A DNA stretch of 59,636 bases, the filler included, from an uncultured bacterium (GTDB taxonomy: Bacteria > DAOPZR01), in assembly GCA_964637655.1 (NCBI GenBank). It is 5 parts of 5 records of this genome, joined end to end, with 100 filler letters (N's around TTAATTAATTAA, not from the genome) between each part and the next. Parts side by side here need not be neighbours in the genome. Positions count along the whole stretch, not along the records: positions 12,156 to 24,069 come from CAZWUZ010000102.1; positions 24,170 to 36,009 come from CAZWUZ010000103.1; 3 more parts are not named here. One strand, written 5' to 3'. Positions 17,758 to 26,036 of the stretch are shown here, in pieces. Each line of letters opens with the position of its first letter. Positions within the stretch are counted from its first letter, which is position 1. Under the pieces are notes generated by a model, which searched no databases, was not told the origin of the DNA, and saw only the letters and a list, made by a program, of their open reading frames with translations. Made by a program: the position numbers and the translations under genes.

Positions 17758-18818
17758 TGACCGAGATCATGGGCCGTGTGAATGAGGCCGAGAGCATGGG
17801 GGCGAGCATCGAGCTCTGCCGCTATGCTGAGCAGATGCGTCGGCAGGAGGTGCTGACCACCAGCGACTTCAGCTTCATGGCTGACCTGGTGGATAGGGGC
17901 GTCAAGCAGGGCTACCTGAACGAGCAGGTGCCGATTACGTATGACCGGCTCGGCTGGCGGCGTGACGCGCAGGACTTCCGGCCGTCGAAACTGTACGACA
18001 TCAACGCTGCGCGGATCATCCCGCGCGTGGCGGAGAAGGGTGAGTACCTGCCCATCGACCCGGAGCTTGCCGACTACGAGTTCCAGGTCTACAAGTACGG
18101 CTGCCAGTGGGACTTGAGCTGGGAGGCGTGGCTGACTGACCAGCGAGACCTGAGCCTGCTGGCCGACTACCCGGCGAGCTGGGGCCTGAGCGCGCGGTAC
18201 ACGCGCGAGTACCTGTTCACGGCGCAGTATGCCGCGAACGCGACGCTGTTCACCGTTGGGCAGGGCAACCTGATCACCGACGTGCTGACGGCGAGCGGCG
18301 AGGGTCTGGCGGAGGCCATCACGGCGATCCGGAACTTCGCGGACCCGAGCGGCAACGTGACCGTGTACACCGGGCCGCTGCTGCTCGTGGTGCCGCCCGC
18401 GTTGGAATGGATCGCGAACCGGCTGGTGAAGTCGGCGAGCACGCAGGGCATGTCGCTGACGAACCTGGTCGCTGGCGGGGACACGAACGTTGCCGACAAC
18501 AACCCGATGTTCGGGGCGGCGACGGTCATTGTGAACCCATTCCTGCCGGTGCTGGACACGACCAACGGCGATACGGCATGGTATCTGTTCTGCGCGCCGC
18601 AGTTGCGGCCGGCGGTGCGGTACGGCTACCTGCGCGGCTACGAGAACCCGGAAATCTGGGTGAAGGACTCGGACGCGCGGGCGATGATGAACAGCAGCGA
18701 CGACCCGTTTGCGGGCTCGTTCGCGACGGACGACATCGCGTTCAAGCTCCGGTTCACGTTCGGGACCGGGCTTGTGGACTGGCGCGGTGCGCTGATGTCT
18801 GACGGCACGGGCAACTAG
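17757..18818 (+). CDS. Major capsid protein (Mu gpT-like, HK97 fold)
   Basis: TTSDF..DFRP..VAEKGEY..KYG, LLVVPPALE, AWYLF, YGYLRGYENPE, FG.G.VDWRG. Confidence 0.8.
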   Translation: MTEIMGRVNEAESMGASIELCRYAEQMRRQEVLTTSDFSFMADLVDRGVKQGYLNEQVPITYDRLGWRRDAQDFRPSKLYDINAARIIPRVAEKGEYLPIDPELADYEFQVYKYGCQWDLSWEAWLTDQRDLSLLADYPASWGLSARYTREYLFTAQYAANATLFTVGQGNLITDVLTASGEGLAEAITAIRNFADPSGNVTVYTGPLLLVVPPALEWIANRLVKSASTQGMSLTNLVAGGDTNVADNNPMFGAATVIVNPFLPVLDTTNGDTAWYLFCAPQLRPAVRYGYLRGYENPEIWVKDSDARAMMNSSDDPFAGSFATDDIAFKLRFTFGTGLVDWRGALMSDGTGN

Positions 18819-18837
18819 TCTGTCGCCTGCGGCCATG

Positions 18838-18873
18838 GGCGGGGACCCGATCACCTCCAGGCGGGTCCCCGCC
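18838..18873 (+). terminator. Strong hairpin after the capsid gene (no U-tract; attenuator or mRNA stabiliser)
   Basis: GGCGGGGACCCG-N12-CGGGTCCCCGCC. Confidence 0.45.
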
Positions 18874-18894
18874 ACGGAATAGAGGAGGCTCGCG

Positions 18895-19263
18895 GTGGCG
18901 TACACGTACTGCCTTGGCAACGACATCGGCAAGGTGCGGCTGCTGATCGCCGACACCGACATTGGCAACGCCACGTTCAGCGATGAGGAGATCACGTTCG
19001 CACTCGACACTGAGGGCGGGCTGTACATGGCGGCGGCGATGTTGCTGCGCGTGTTGGCCGCGGACCAGTCGCGGTTGGCTGTGCGCGTGAGCCGTAGTGG
19101 CGTGAGCGAGGACCTCACACAGGTGGCTGTGCAGTTGCGCGCGCAGGCGGATGCGTACACCGCGAAGGCCGGTTCCGACGTGGGCAGCATATCCGCTACC
19201 GTGTCGCCGTCCTGGGAGCCGTTCTCGTACACTGACAATCTGCTTGCGGGGCGGGATGTCTGA
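18895..19263 (+). CDS. Head-tail adaptor
   Basis: KVRLLIADTD..FSDEEI motif; position after capsid gene; SD GAGGAGG. Confidence 0.7.
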   Translation: MAYTYCLGNDIGKVRLLIADTDIGNATFSDEEITFALDTEGGLYMAAAMLLRVLAADQSRLAVRVSRSGVSEDLTQVAVQLRAQADAYTAKAGSDVGSISATVSPSWEPFSYTDNLLAGRDV

Positions 19264-19694
19264 TGCGGCAGAGCAGCCTCGGCACTGCGCTGGATACGCT
19301 GATGGTGCGCAGCTACGATATGCGCGCGCGTGTCGAGCAGCGTGTGGCGACCGATGCCGGCGAAAGCGAGTGGGAGCAGTCGATCCACAACCTACTCTGC
19401 ACCGTGCAGGACCAGTCAGCGCGGGATCGGCAGGCGACGGAGGCGGTGTACTCGCACCCGGTGACGCATATCGCCTACTGCGACGATGATGATGACCTGA
19501 GCATCGGCGACCGGCTGGTGATGACGTGGCGCATGCTGGACAGCCGCCGGATGCTGCGGCGCGCGCGGCACAGGTGGACGCGCGTGGTCGAGAGCGAGAT
19601 GTACCTGGTGCTGGGCAAACATCGGGTGAGCGGGCTGCCGGAGCCGCACAATCAGGTGAAGCTGGACCTGTGGCAGATGACGCCGACGAGGTGA
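19263..19694 (+). CDS. Putative head-tail stopper/closure protein
   Basis: Synteny; DLSIGDRLV beta-rich pattern. Confidence 0.55.
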   Translation: MRQSSLGTALDTLMVRSYDMRARVEQRVATDAGESEWEQSIHNLLCTVQDQSARDRQATEAVYSHPVTHIAYCDDDDDLSIGDRLVMTWRMLDSRRMLRRARHRWTRVVESEMYLVLGKHRVSGLPEPHNQVKLDLWQMTPTR

Positions 19695-19697
19695 AGC

Positions 19698-20105
19698 ATG
19701 GCCGAGGTCGTGAGCGGGGATGCCATCGAGGCACTGGCGCGCGTGAGCAAGGAGGCGCGCAAGGCCATCATGCGTGGGGTGAGCAAGGCCGCGCAGCTGG
19801 TGGTGGGCACGGCTAAGCGCAACGTGCGCGAGAAGCTGAACACGACCGGCGAGGCGAAGGGGAACCTGTCGCGTAGTATCAGCTTCGACCTTGAGGACCG
19901 CAACCTGCGGGCGCTGGTCGGGCCGCGGCGTGTGGTGTACGCGGCCATCCATGAGTTCGGCGGCACCATCCGACAGGTGAGGGGCTCGTGGCACACGGTG
20001 CGCTCGGTCACCATCCCTGCGCGACCGTATCTGCATCCGGCGCTGGTGGCGAACGAGGCGAACATCGAGCAGGCAATCGGGGATGCCGTGGAGGCGTTGC
20101 TATAG
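19698..20105 (+). CDS. HK97 gp10/Mu gpG-like tail completion protein
   Basis: GNLSRSI..YAAIHEFGG..IPARPYLHPA. Confidence 0.8.
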   Translation: MAEVVSGDAIEALARVSKEARKAIMRGVSKAAQLVVGTAKRNVREKLNTTGEAKGNLSRSISFDLEDRNLRALVGPRRVVYAAIHEFGGTIRQVRGSWHTVRSVTIPARPYLHPALVANEANIEQAIGDAVEALL

Positions 20106-20557
20106 TGGCCGGGCCGTCGCCGTCGGAGATATTCGCCGCGTATGTGAGCGCGCTGACCACGCAGTTCGGCGCGACGTGCAGCATCCGGCGCGGGCCGATC
20201 CAGGCTCTGCGGCTGGGCACGAAGGGCGCGGCCATCGTCTGCGAGTTGGGCGAGATGGTAGACGGCGAGCAGTCGCGTGGCAGCGGCAACACGTGGACGC
20301 ACAACTGGGCGCTCAACGTGACGCTGCTGGTGCCGGACGACCCGGACGACCCGGACGCTGCCGAGGACGCGCGGCTCGCGCTGCTCGATGACTGGCTGGA
20401 CTGGCAGGGCGAGTTGGCGCAGCGGTGCATGGTGCTGGCGAAGGTGGGGCGCGTGACGCGGTGCGCGCCGGTGCTGGTGACGGTGGTCGCAGACACAGAG
20501 CAGGTATACCGCGCCGTCGAGTGCACGGTCACATACATGGCGCTGAGGAGTGGATAG
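20105..20557 (+). CDS. Putative tail terminator
   Basis: Synteny before the tail tube gene; GTG start overlaps the upstream TAG. Confidence 0.5.
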   Translation: MAGPSPSEIFAAYVSALTTQFGATCSIRRGPIQALRLGTKGAAIVCELGEMVDGEQSRGSGNTWTHNWALNVTLLVPDDPDDPDAAEDARLALLDDWLDWQGELAQRCMVLAKVGRVTRCAPVLVTVVADTEQVYRAVECTVTYMALRSG

Positions 20558-20560
20558 ACG

Positions 20561-21427
20561 ATGGCACAGGCATCGACTACGGGGCTGTTCCAGTGGTTGA
20601 AGTTCGGGGCGGGGTCCGCCAACACCGGCACCGGCATTCTGACGGGCGGCACGCTGTCGCATGATGCGCAGGTGCGCAGGCGGATCGGTGTGGGCGGCAA
20701 CGAGCGGCGGCGTGGCGGCATGGTGGCACCGGGCGGGTCCGCGACGTTCTACATCAGCGACACGAACCTCGCGCTCATCAACGCTGCGCTGCGGGCGTCG
20801 TATCCGCGCGGCGTGCTGACGGAGTTGGAGATCGAGGGCGGCGCCGACACCTGGGCGCGTGCCTACAGCGACGCCGTGATCACCACCGCGAGCATCGAGT
20901 ATGCGCGCGAGGAGGGCGTCCGCGCGACGGTGAACTGGGGTTCCCTCGGCGTGGATACGGGCACGGGTTCCTCGCAGCCTGCGGAGACCAATGACATCTG
21001 GGAGGACTATGACTGTATCATCACCGGCGGCACGTATATGGCTGCCGGGGAGTACGGCGTCAGCGGGCTGACCATCAACATCGACAACCAGGTCAGCTTC
21101 CACAGCAACGGCAACACGCGGGCGGCTGGCAGTCTGCGGCTGCCGCAGTTCTACGTGTACGGCACCGAGATGCTGACCGTCAGCCTGACCTGCGACGAGC
21201 CGATATTGGACACTACGCTCGACCAGTGGGCCGACTGCATGCCGGATAACCTCGACCTTGTGCTGACCGGCGAGAACTGCGACGGCGATGTGTTGACCAT
21301 CCAACTGAGCGCGCTGATGCCGAGCACGGACGAGCACGGGTTCGTCGGCGCTGAGACGCTGGCCGGCTGGACGTATGACTTCATCGGCGCGGCGTCCGGG
21401 AGCCTGGCTGTACTGACTATCACGTAG
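20561..21427 (+). CDS. Putative major tail tube protein
   Basis: 288 aa, Gly/Thr-rich beta protein between connectors and chaperone/TMP. Confidence 0.6.
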   Translation: MAQASTTGLFQWLKFGAGSANTGTGILTGGTLSHDAQVRRRIGVGGNERRRGGMVAPGGSATFYISDTNLALINAALRASYPRGVLTELEIEGGADTWARAYSDAVITTASIEYAREEGVRATVNWGSLGVDTGTGSSQPAETNDIWEDYDCIITGGTYMAAGEYGVSGLTINIDNQVSFHSNGNTRAAGSLRLPQFYVYGTEMLTVSLTCDEPILDTTLDQWADCMPDNLDLVLTGENCDGDVLTIQLSALMPSTDEHGFVGAETLAGWTYDFIGAASGSLAVLTIT

Positions 21428-21444
21428 AGACGCATAGCGGGAGG

Positions 21445-21810
21445 ATGATTGTAGTGGCACTGCACGACCTGGACGAGGGTGCATGGAGTGTCGTGGTGGG
21501 CGGGCGCACGCTAACGCTGCGCCCGTTCAGCGCGTCTGACATGGTGGCAAAGGAGCGCGAGCAGTTGGAGCTTCGCGCGACCGATGACGAGTGGCGGCGG
21601 TACATGCCGCTTCACTGGGCGCAGTGGGTACTGTGGCGCGCGGCGTTGAAGCACCAGCCGGACCTGACCATCGAGCAGGTTGGCGACCTGATGGTCGCCG
21701 ACGATCAGGGCAGTGACTGGTGGACAGAGACCATCGGGCGATGCCTGGGGGGAGCGACGACGGCGCCGGAGGCGGAGCCCGAGGAGTCGGAGACCCCGGC
21801 GACGCAGTAG
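21445..21810 (+). CDS. Tail assembly chaperone (gpG-like)
   Basis: GGRTLTLRP, ALKHQPDLTIEQVGD; SD GGGAGG; located before the TMP. Confidence 0.65.
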   Translation: MIVVALHDLDEGAWSVVVGGRTLTLRPFSASDMVAKEREQLELRATDDEWRRYMPLHWAQWVLWRAALKHQPDLTIEQVGDLMVADDQGSDWWTETIGRCLGGATTAPEAEPEESETPATQ

Positions 21811-21935
21811 TACTGCTGGCGGAGCGGATGGGCTGGACGGTGGACTATATCATGGACATGCCGCTGCACCAACTGCACGCCGTGTGCGAGCACCTGGCGC
21901 GCATAGACCGACGCAGGGAGAAGGCGAATGGCTGA
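21445..21935 (+). CDS. Frameshifted tail assembly chaperone (gpGT-like) via -1 slip at GGGGGGA 21747-21753
   Basis: In-frame G-GGG-GGA heptamer; the -1 frame is open to 21935 and encodes LAERMGWTVDYIMDMPL. Confidence 0.6.
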
Positions 21936-23706
21936 GCGCCAACTGAACGTTATCGTCAGCGCCGTGGACCGCCTGAGCAAGCCCGCGGCCTCGATGACGA
22001 AGGACCTGAAGGCCATCGAGGCTGCTGGGCGTGCTGCTGCCGATACGCTGCAGACGCGCATGATGATCGCGAGCACTGCGGTGGTGGCGGCGTTCGCGGC
22101 GTGCGCCTACGCTGCCGCGGACTACGGCGAGCAGTTGGTTGAGACCAGCCAGAAGACGGGCATGGCCGTCGAGGACCTTGGCGCGCTCAAGTACGCGGCT
22201 GAGCAAAGCGGCGTTGGTTTCGATCAGATGCGGCTGGGCCTGAGCCGGATGCAGCGTGCAGCATTTGATGCCGCGCATGGGATGAAGGAGCAGGCCGACA
22301 CATTCGCGCTGCTGGGCGTCTCAGTGCAGGACGCGAGCGGCGGCATGCGCAGTGGCACCGAGATATTCCGTGACATTGCAGAGAGCATCGCGGCGATGGA
22401 TGACCCGACTGCGCAGGCGGCGTTAGCCATGCGCGTGTTCGGGCGAAGTGGCGCGGAGTTGCTGCCGTTGTTGAAGAGTGGCGGCGCGGGCATCGACGAG
22501 TTGATGCAGCGTGCTGAGAAGCTGGGCCTGGTCATGTCGGACCAGGCGGCGCGCGACGCCGAGGAGTTCGGCGACGCGATCGACGACGTGAAGCTGAGTG
22601 CGAAGGGCGTTGCCATCGCTATCGGCGAAGCGGCGTTAGGTACGACCGAGTATGCCAAGAAGATCGCGGAGGCCGTCGGTGGCGTGAGCACGTGGATCAG
22701 GGAGCACAAGACGGCGGTGCAGGTGATTGCGGCAGTATCCGGTGGCATTGCTGGCCTCGCCATCGGCATGTACGGGTTGAACAAGGCTGTCGGCATGGTG
22801 CGCGAAACGATGGGGCTCGTCAATACTGTGCTGGAGTGGTATCGCGCACGACAGGTGGCTGGCGCTGCTGCCACGGATGTTGCTGCGGGGGCACAGGCGC
22901 GGCAGGCAGCGGTGATGAACACGAAGGTGGTTCCGGCATTCAAGGCGGTGGCAGCGGCTGCACTGGTCGCATACGCGGCCATCAAGACGTATCAAGCTGC
23001 CCAGGATATGACGGAGAAGGGCGAGGACGTTCGCGAGAAGGCCGACAGGCTGAAGGCGTACGCGGCTGCCACCGGCAAGACCGCAGAGTTGGAGCGGGCG
23101 CGGGCGAATGTGACCGCCGAAGATCGCGTGCGCGGCGCTGCCATCCTGGGGGGTGCAACCGGCGAGGACGTTGCCGCTATGCGCTGGATGCAGCAGGAGA
23201 GCGCGCGCCTGCGGGCATCGGGCACGGAGGCCGAGAAGAGTGCCTGGACGCGCACGATGGTGCAACCTGACATTGACGCCGAGGCGAAGCAGATGGCGAA
23301 CCAGATGAAGCGCGGCGAGCAGGTTGCGGATCGGGCGAAGGAATTGGCGGGCGAAGCTCCAGCGGCCAAGACCACGACCGCAGGCGCAGCCGAGGCGGCG
23401 CAGGCCGCTGCCGCCGCAGCCATACCGTCAACGAGCAGTGCGGTGGCAGCCATGCCGGAGGCGGCGATGGACCTGTGGCGCAGCATGGAGGGGCACCTGT
23501 CGCGGCTGGCTGACGGGCTGGTCGGGGCACCGAGCCGCGAGGGCGAGCGGGTGCCGAATGGTATAGGCGGCGTCGGCACGGTAGGCACACGGCGGCAGGT
23601 GCCTGGTGCTGGCGGGCCGATCACGGTGCAGCTTGTGATGGACAGCCGTGTGATTGCGCAGCAGGTGATTGCGCTGGAGCGCGGGCGCGCGTATGGGTAC
23701 CCGTAG
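21928..23706 (+). CDS. Tail tape measure protein
   Basis: VIVSAVDRLSKP start, ALKYAAEQSG, AMRVFGRSGAELLPLL, Ala-rich helices; 592 aa. Confidence 0.85.
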   Translation: MAERQLNVIVSAVDRLSKPAASMTKDLKAIEAAGRAAADTLQTRMMIASTAVVAAFAACAYAAADYGEQLVETSQKTGMAVEDLGALKYAAEQSGVGFDQMRLGLSRMQRAAFDAAHGMKEQADTFALLGVSVQDASGGMRSGTEIFRDIAESIAAMDDPTAQAALAMRVFGRSGAELLPLLKSGGAGIDELMQRAEKLGLVMSDQAARDAEEFGDAIDDVKLSAKGVAIAIGEAALGTTEYAKKIAEAVGGVSTWIREHKTAVQVIAAVSGGIAGLAIGMYGLNKAVGMVRETMGLVNTVLEWYRARQVAGAAATDVAAGAQARQAAVMNTKVVPAFKAVAAAALVAYAAIKTYQAAQDMTEKGEDVREKADRLKAYAAATGKTAELERARANVTAEDRVRGAAILGGATGEDVAAMRWMQQESARLRASGTEAEKSAWTRTMVQPDIDAEAKQMANQMKRGEQVADRAKELAGEAPAAKTTTAGAAEAAQAAAAAAIPSTSSAVAAMPEAAMDLWRSMEGHLSRLADGLVGAPSREGERVPNGIGGVGTVGTRRQVPGAGGPITVQLVMDSRVIAQQVIALERGRAYGYP

Positions 23707-23760
23707 GCGTGTGGTATACTGCGAGCAGTAGATACCACGCGACCGGGAGGCGCGAGAGAG

Positions 23761-24069
23761 ATGGAGACCCTGAAGCAGATTGGCGTCGGGCTGTGCGTTG
23801 TGGTCGTGGTATGCGCCGGGATGTTGTGGGTGACGATGGGGCCGGAGATCAAGGCCGAGGCGAACCGGGCGGCGGAGGCCAGAGGGTGGCGGGAGCCGTT
23901 CACCGCCGATTGGCCGCCGAAGCCGGTGCCGGGTCAGCCGGGAGACGGAAGCGCATACTATCTGATCATCGAAGTGCCGTGGGCTGGCACGACGGTACCG
24001 CGGAAGTTCCGGTGTGTGGCGTCGGGCATCGAGGGCGCAGAAGCAGGCGACGGCATAGTGGTCTACAGG
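23761..24069 (+). CDS. Hypothetical single-TM protein, truncated at contig end
   Basis: SD GGGAGG, N-terminal hydrophobic helix, upstream TGGTATACT. Confidence 0.5.
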
Positions 24070-24169
24070 NNNNNNNNNNNNNNNNNNNNNNNNNNNNNNN
24101 NNNNNNNNNNNNNTTAATTAATTAANNNNNNNNNNNNNNNNNNNNNNNNNNNNNNNNNNNNNNNNNNNN
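24070..24169. other. Artificial contig linker
   Basis: N44-TTAATTAATTAA-N44. Confidence 0.98.
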
Positions 24170-24532
24170 CGTTTCCCTGAGGATTTTGCGTTTCCTCTAC
24201 CAACGGATGAGTTTATGTGGTGGAGGTCACAATTTGTGACCTCCACGGCTGACCGTAAGGGACTGCGTCATGTGCCGTTTGCTTTTACCGAGCAGGGCGT
24301 GGCGATGTTGTCGAGTGTGCTCAACAGCGAGCGGGCGGTCAACGTCAATATCGAGATCATGCGGTCATTCGTGCGGATGCGCCGCTTGTCGGCCTCGGAT
24401 GCCGTGTTGGCGCGAAAAGTGCTGGCGATGGAAAATAAGTACGACGCGCAGTTCAAGGTGGTGTTCGACGCCATCCGCGAACTGATGACGCCGCCGACCA
24501 AAACCACGAAAAAGATCGGGTTCGTCAAGTGA
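24170..24532 (+). CDS. ORF6N-domain DNA-binding protein, 5' truncated
   Basis: [50 protein letters not shown]. Confidence 0.88.
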   Translation, partial: RFPEDFAFPLPTDEFMWWRSQFVTSTADRKGLRHVPFAFTEQGVAMLSSVLNSERAVNVNIEIMRSFVRMRRLSASDAVLARKVLAMENKYDAQFKVVFDAIRELMTPPTKTTKKIGFVK

Positions 24533-25797
24533 TGGAATTTCCGAAGGATTGGCGCCAGACAAGTATAGGTGAAGCGTGTGAACCGCGCCGTGAACTTATC
24601 GTGCCATCGGTGGGTATGGAATGCAGGTATGTAGGGTTAGAACATATCGAACCAGGTAGAATATCACTGAACCGTTGGGGCTTCGGTGCGGATGTTCGCA
24701 GCGCCAAAAGTAAGTATGCTGCTGGCGACATATTATATGGGAAATTGCGCCCATATCTTGACAAGGCAGTTGTAGCTGATAATGATGGTATTTGTTCAAC
24801 AGATATTCTTGTGTTGAGAGCAAATGAAGAGGTTACTACTCCGCATTATCTCGGGTTTCTACTTCACTCAAGGCCATTTGTAGAATATGCTGTTTCAACG
24901 ACAGAGGGAGTGAACTTGCCGCGAACATCGTGGCAGAGCATTTCCCGATATTCCTGCGCATTGCCGTCGGTGGGGGAGCAGCGGGCGATTGCGGGGGTGC
25001 TGGCGCGGTTACAGGCGGCCATGGCGGTCGAGGAAAAGCGCATCGCGGCGCTCAAGGAGCTCAAGGCCGCGACCATGGCCAAACTTTTCCGCGAAGGCAC
25101 CCGCGGCGAAAAACTAAAACAAACCGACCTCGGCGAAATCCCCGAAAGCTGGGATGTTGTTCCGATTGGATCAATTGCACGGGTTGGGAATGGTTCGACA
25201 CCGAGTCGGCAAAATGAATTATACTGGATGAATGGCTCAATACCATGGATTACAAGTTCGAAGGTTCATGAAATATTAATTTACAGGGCAGACAATTATG
25301 TCACGCCATTGGCAAAAGAAGAGTGTCATCTGCCAACAGTAAATAAGGGGAATCTTGTTGTTGCAATTACAGGACAAGGGAAGACATTAGGAAATGTGGC
25401 GATTATTGAATTTGACACCTGTATCAATCAACACCTCGCTTATATTCAACCCACAAATCAACAAGTCAACAGTTACTACTTATTAGCATATTTGCAAACA
25501 CGTTATCACGATTTTCGTCAAACTGGAACTTCTGGTGGGACTACTAAAGGAGCGCTAACCTGCGGTTTTATTAGTAAGTATCTTGTCCCAATGCCACCAA
25601 GCGAACAACAAAATGAGATTGCAATTATTTTTAAGCGGTTGCATGAAGAATGTAGTAATGCTGAAAAAAAAGCGCAACTAAAGAGCGGTTTATTCCAGAG
25701 TATGCTTCAAAACCTAGTGACCGGTCAACATCGTGTGCCGGAGGGATGGCGCAAAGAAAATGGCTTGACCGCTTATCTTGCCGGAGTGACGCGGTGA
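24529..25797 (+). CDS. hsdS: Type I restriction-modification specificity subunit
   Basis: Two AT-rich TRDs ([18 protein letters not shown]) separated by conserved [21 protein letters not shown]. Confidence 0.93.
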   Translation: MMEFPKDWRQTSIGEACEPRRELIVPSVGMECRYVGLEHIEPGRISLNRWGFGADVRSAKSKYAAGDILYGKLRPYLDKAVVADNDGICSTDILVLRANEEVTTPHYLGFLLHSRPFVEYAVSTTEGVNLPRTSWQSISRYSCALPSVGEQRAIAGVLARLQAAMAVEEKRIAALKELKAATMAKLFREGTRGEKLKQTDLGEIPESWDVVPIGSIARVGNGSTPSRQNELYWMNGSIPWITSSKVHEILIYRADNYVTPLAKEECHLPTVNKGNLVVAITGQGKTLGNVAIIEFDTCINQHLAYIQPTNQQVNSYYLLAYLQTRYHDFRQTGTSGGTTKGALTCGFISKYLVPMPPSEQQNEIAIIFKRLHEECSNAEKKAQLKSGLFQSMLQNLVTGQHRVPEGWRKENGLTAYLAGVTR

Positions 25798-25825
25798 AGC
25801 GGAGTGCGCGGCGGGCGGAAAAATT

Positions 25826-25856
25826 GTAATTCTGGAACAGGGTGTTCCAGAATTAC
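25826..25856. repeat. Perfect 14-bp inverted repeat
   Basis: GTAATTCTGGAACA-GGG-TGTTCCAGAATTAC. Confidence 0.9.
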
Positions 25857-26036
25857 CGAAAGTTTTGTGATACTTATTAAAAATAAACTGTGTATTTGTC
25901 ACATAAAAAGTCACAAAAGTATCATAATATATTGAAAAATATATAGCTATGAAAGCAGGCCTAGAATCATAATGGCACAAATGACGGCTAATGTATTGAG
26001 GGGAATGGAATTAGATGTCAAGGAGGGCAGGAAATT

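Larger units (their letters stand above)
12156..24069 (+). mobile_element. Phage or prophage morphogenesis module (siphovirus-like); occupies the whole contig
   Basis: Collinear, tightly overlapping terS-terL-portal-protease-capsid-connectors-tail tube-chaperone-TMP; no sheath gene. Confidence 0.93.

Noticed and set aside
13900..23903. Long minus-strand ORFs in the phage region (e.g. 17754-19388, 19652-21484) and similar ones elsewhere (25947-27230, 32691-34196, 42166-43794)
   Set aside because: These are antisense shadows of high-GC genes, Arg/His/Pro-rich with no recognisable motifs.
12156..24069. Gene transfer agent
   Set aside because: No host flanks or RcGTA-specific signatures are visible; an ordinary phage is the simpler reading.
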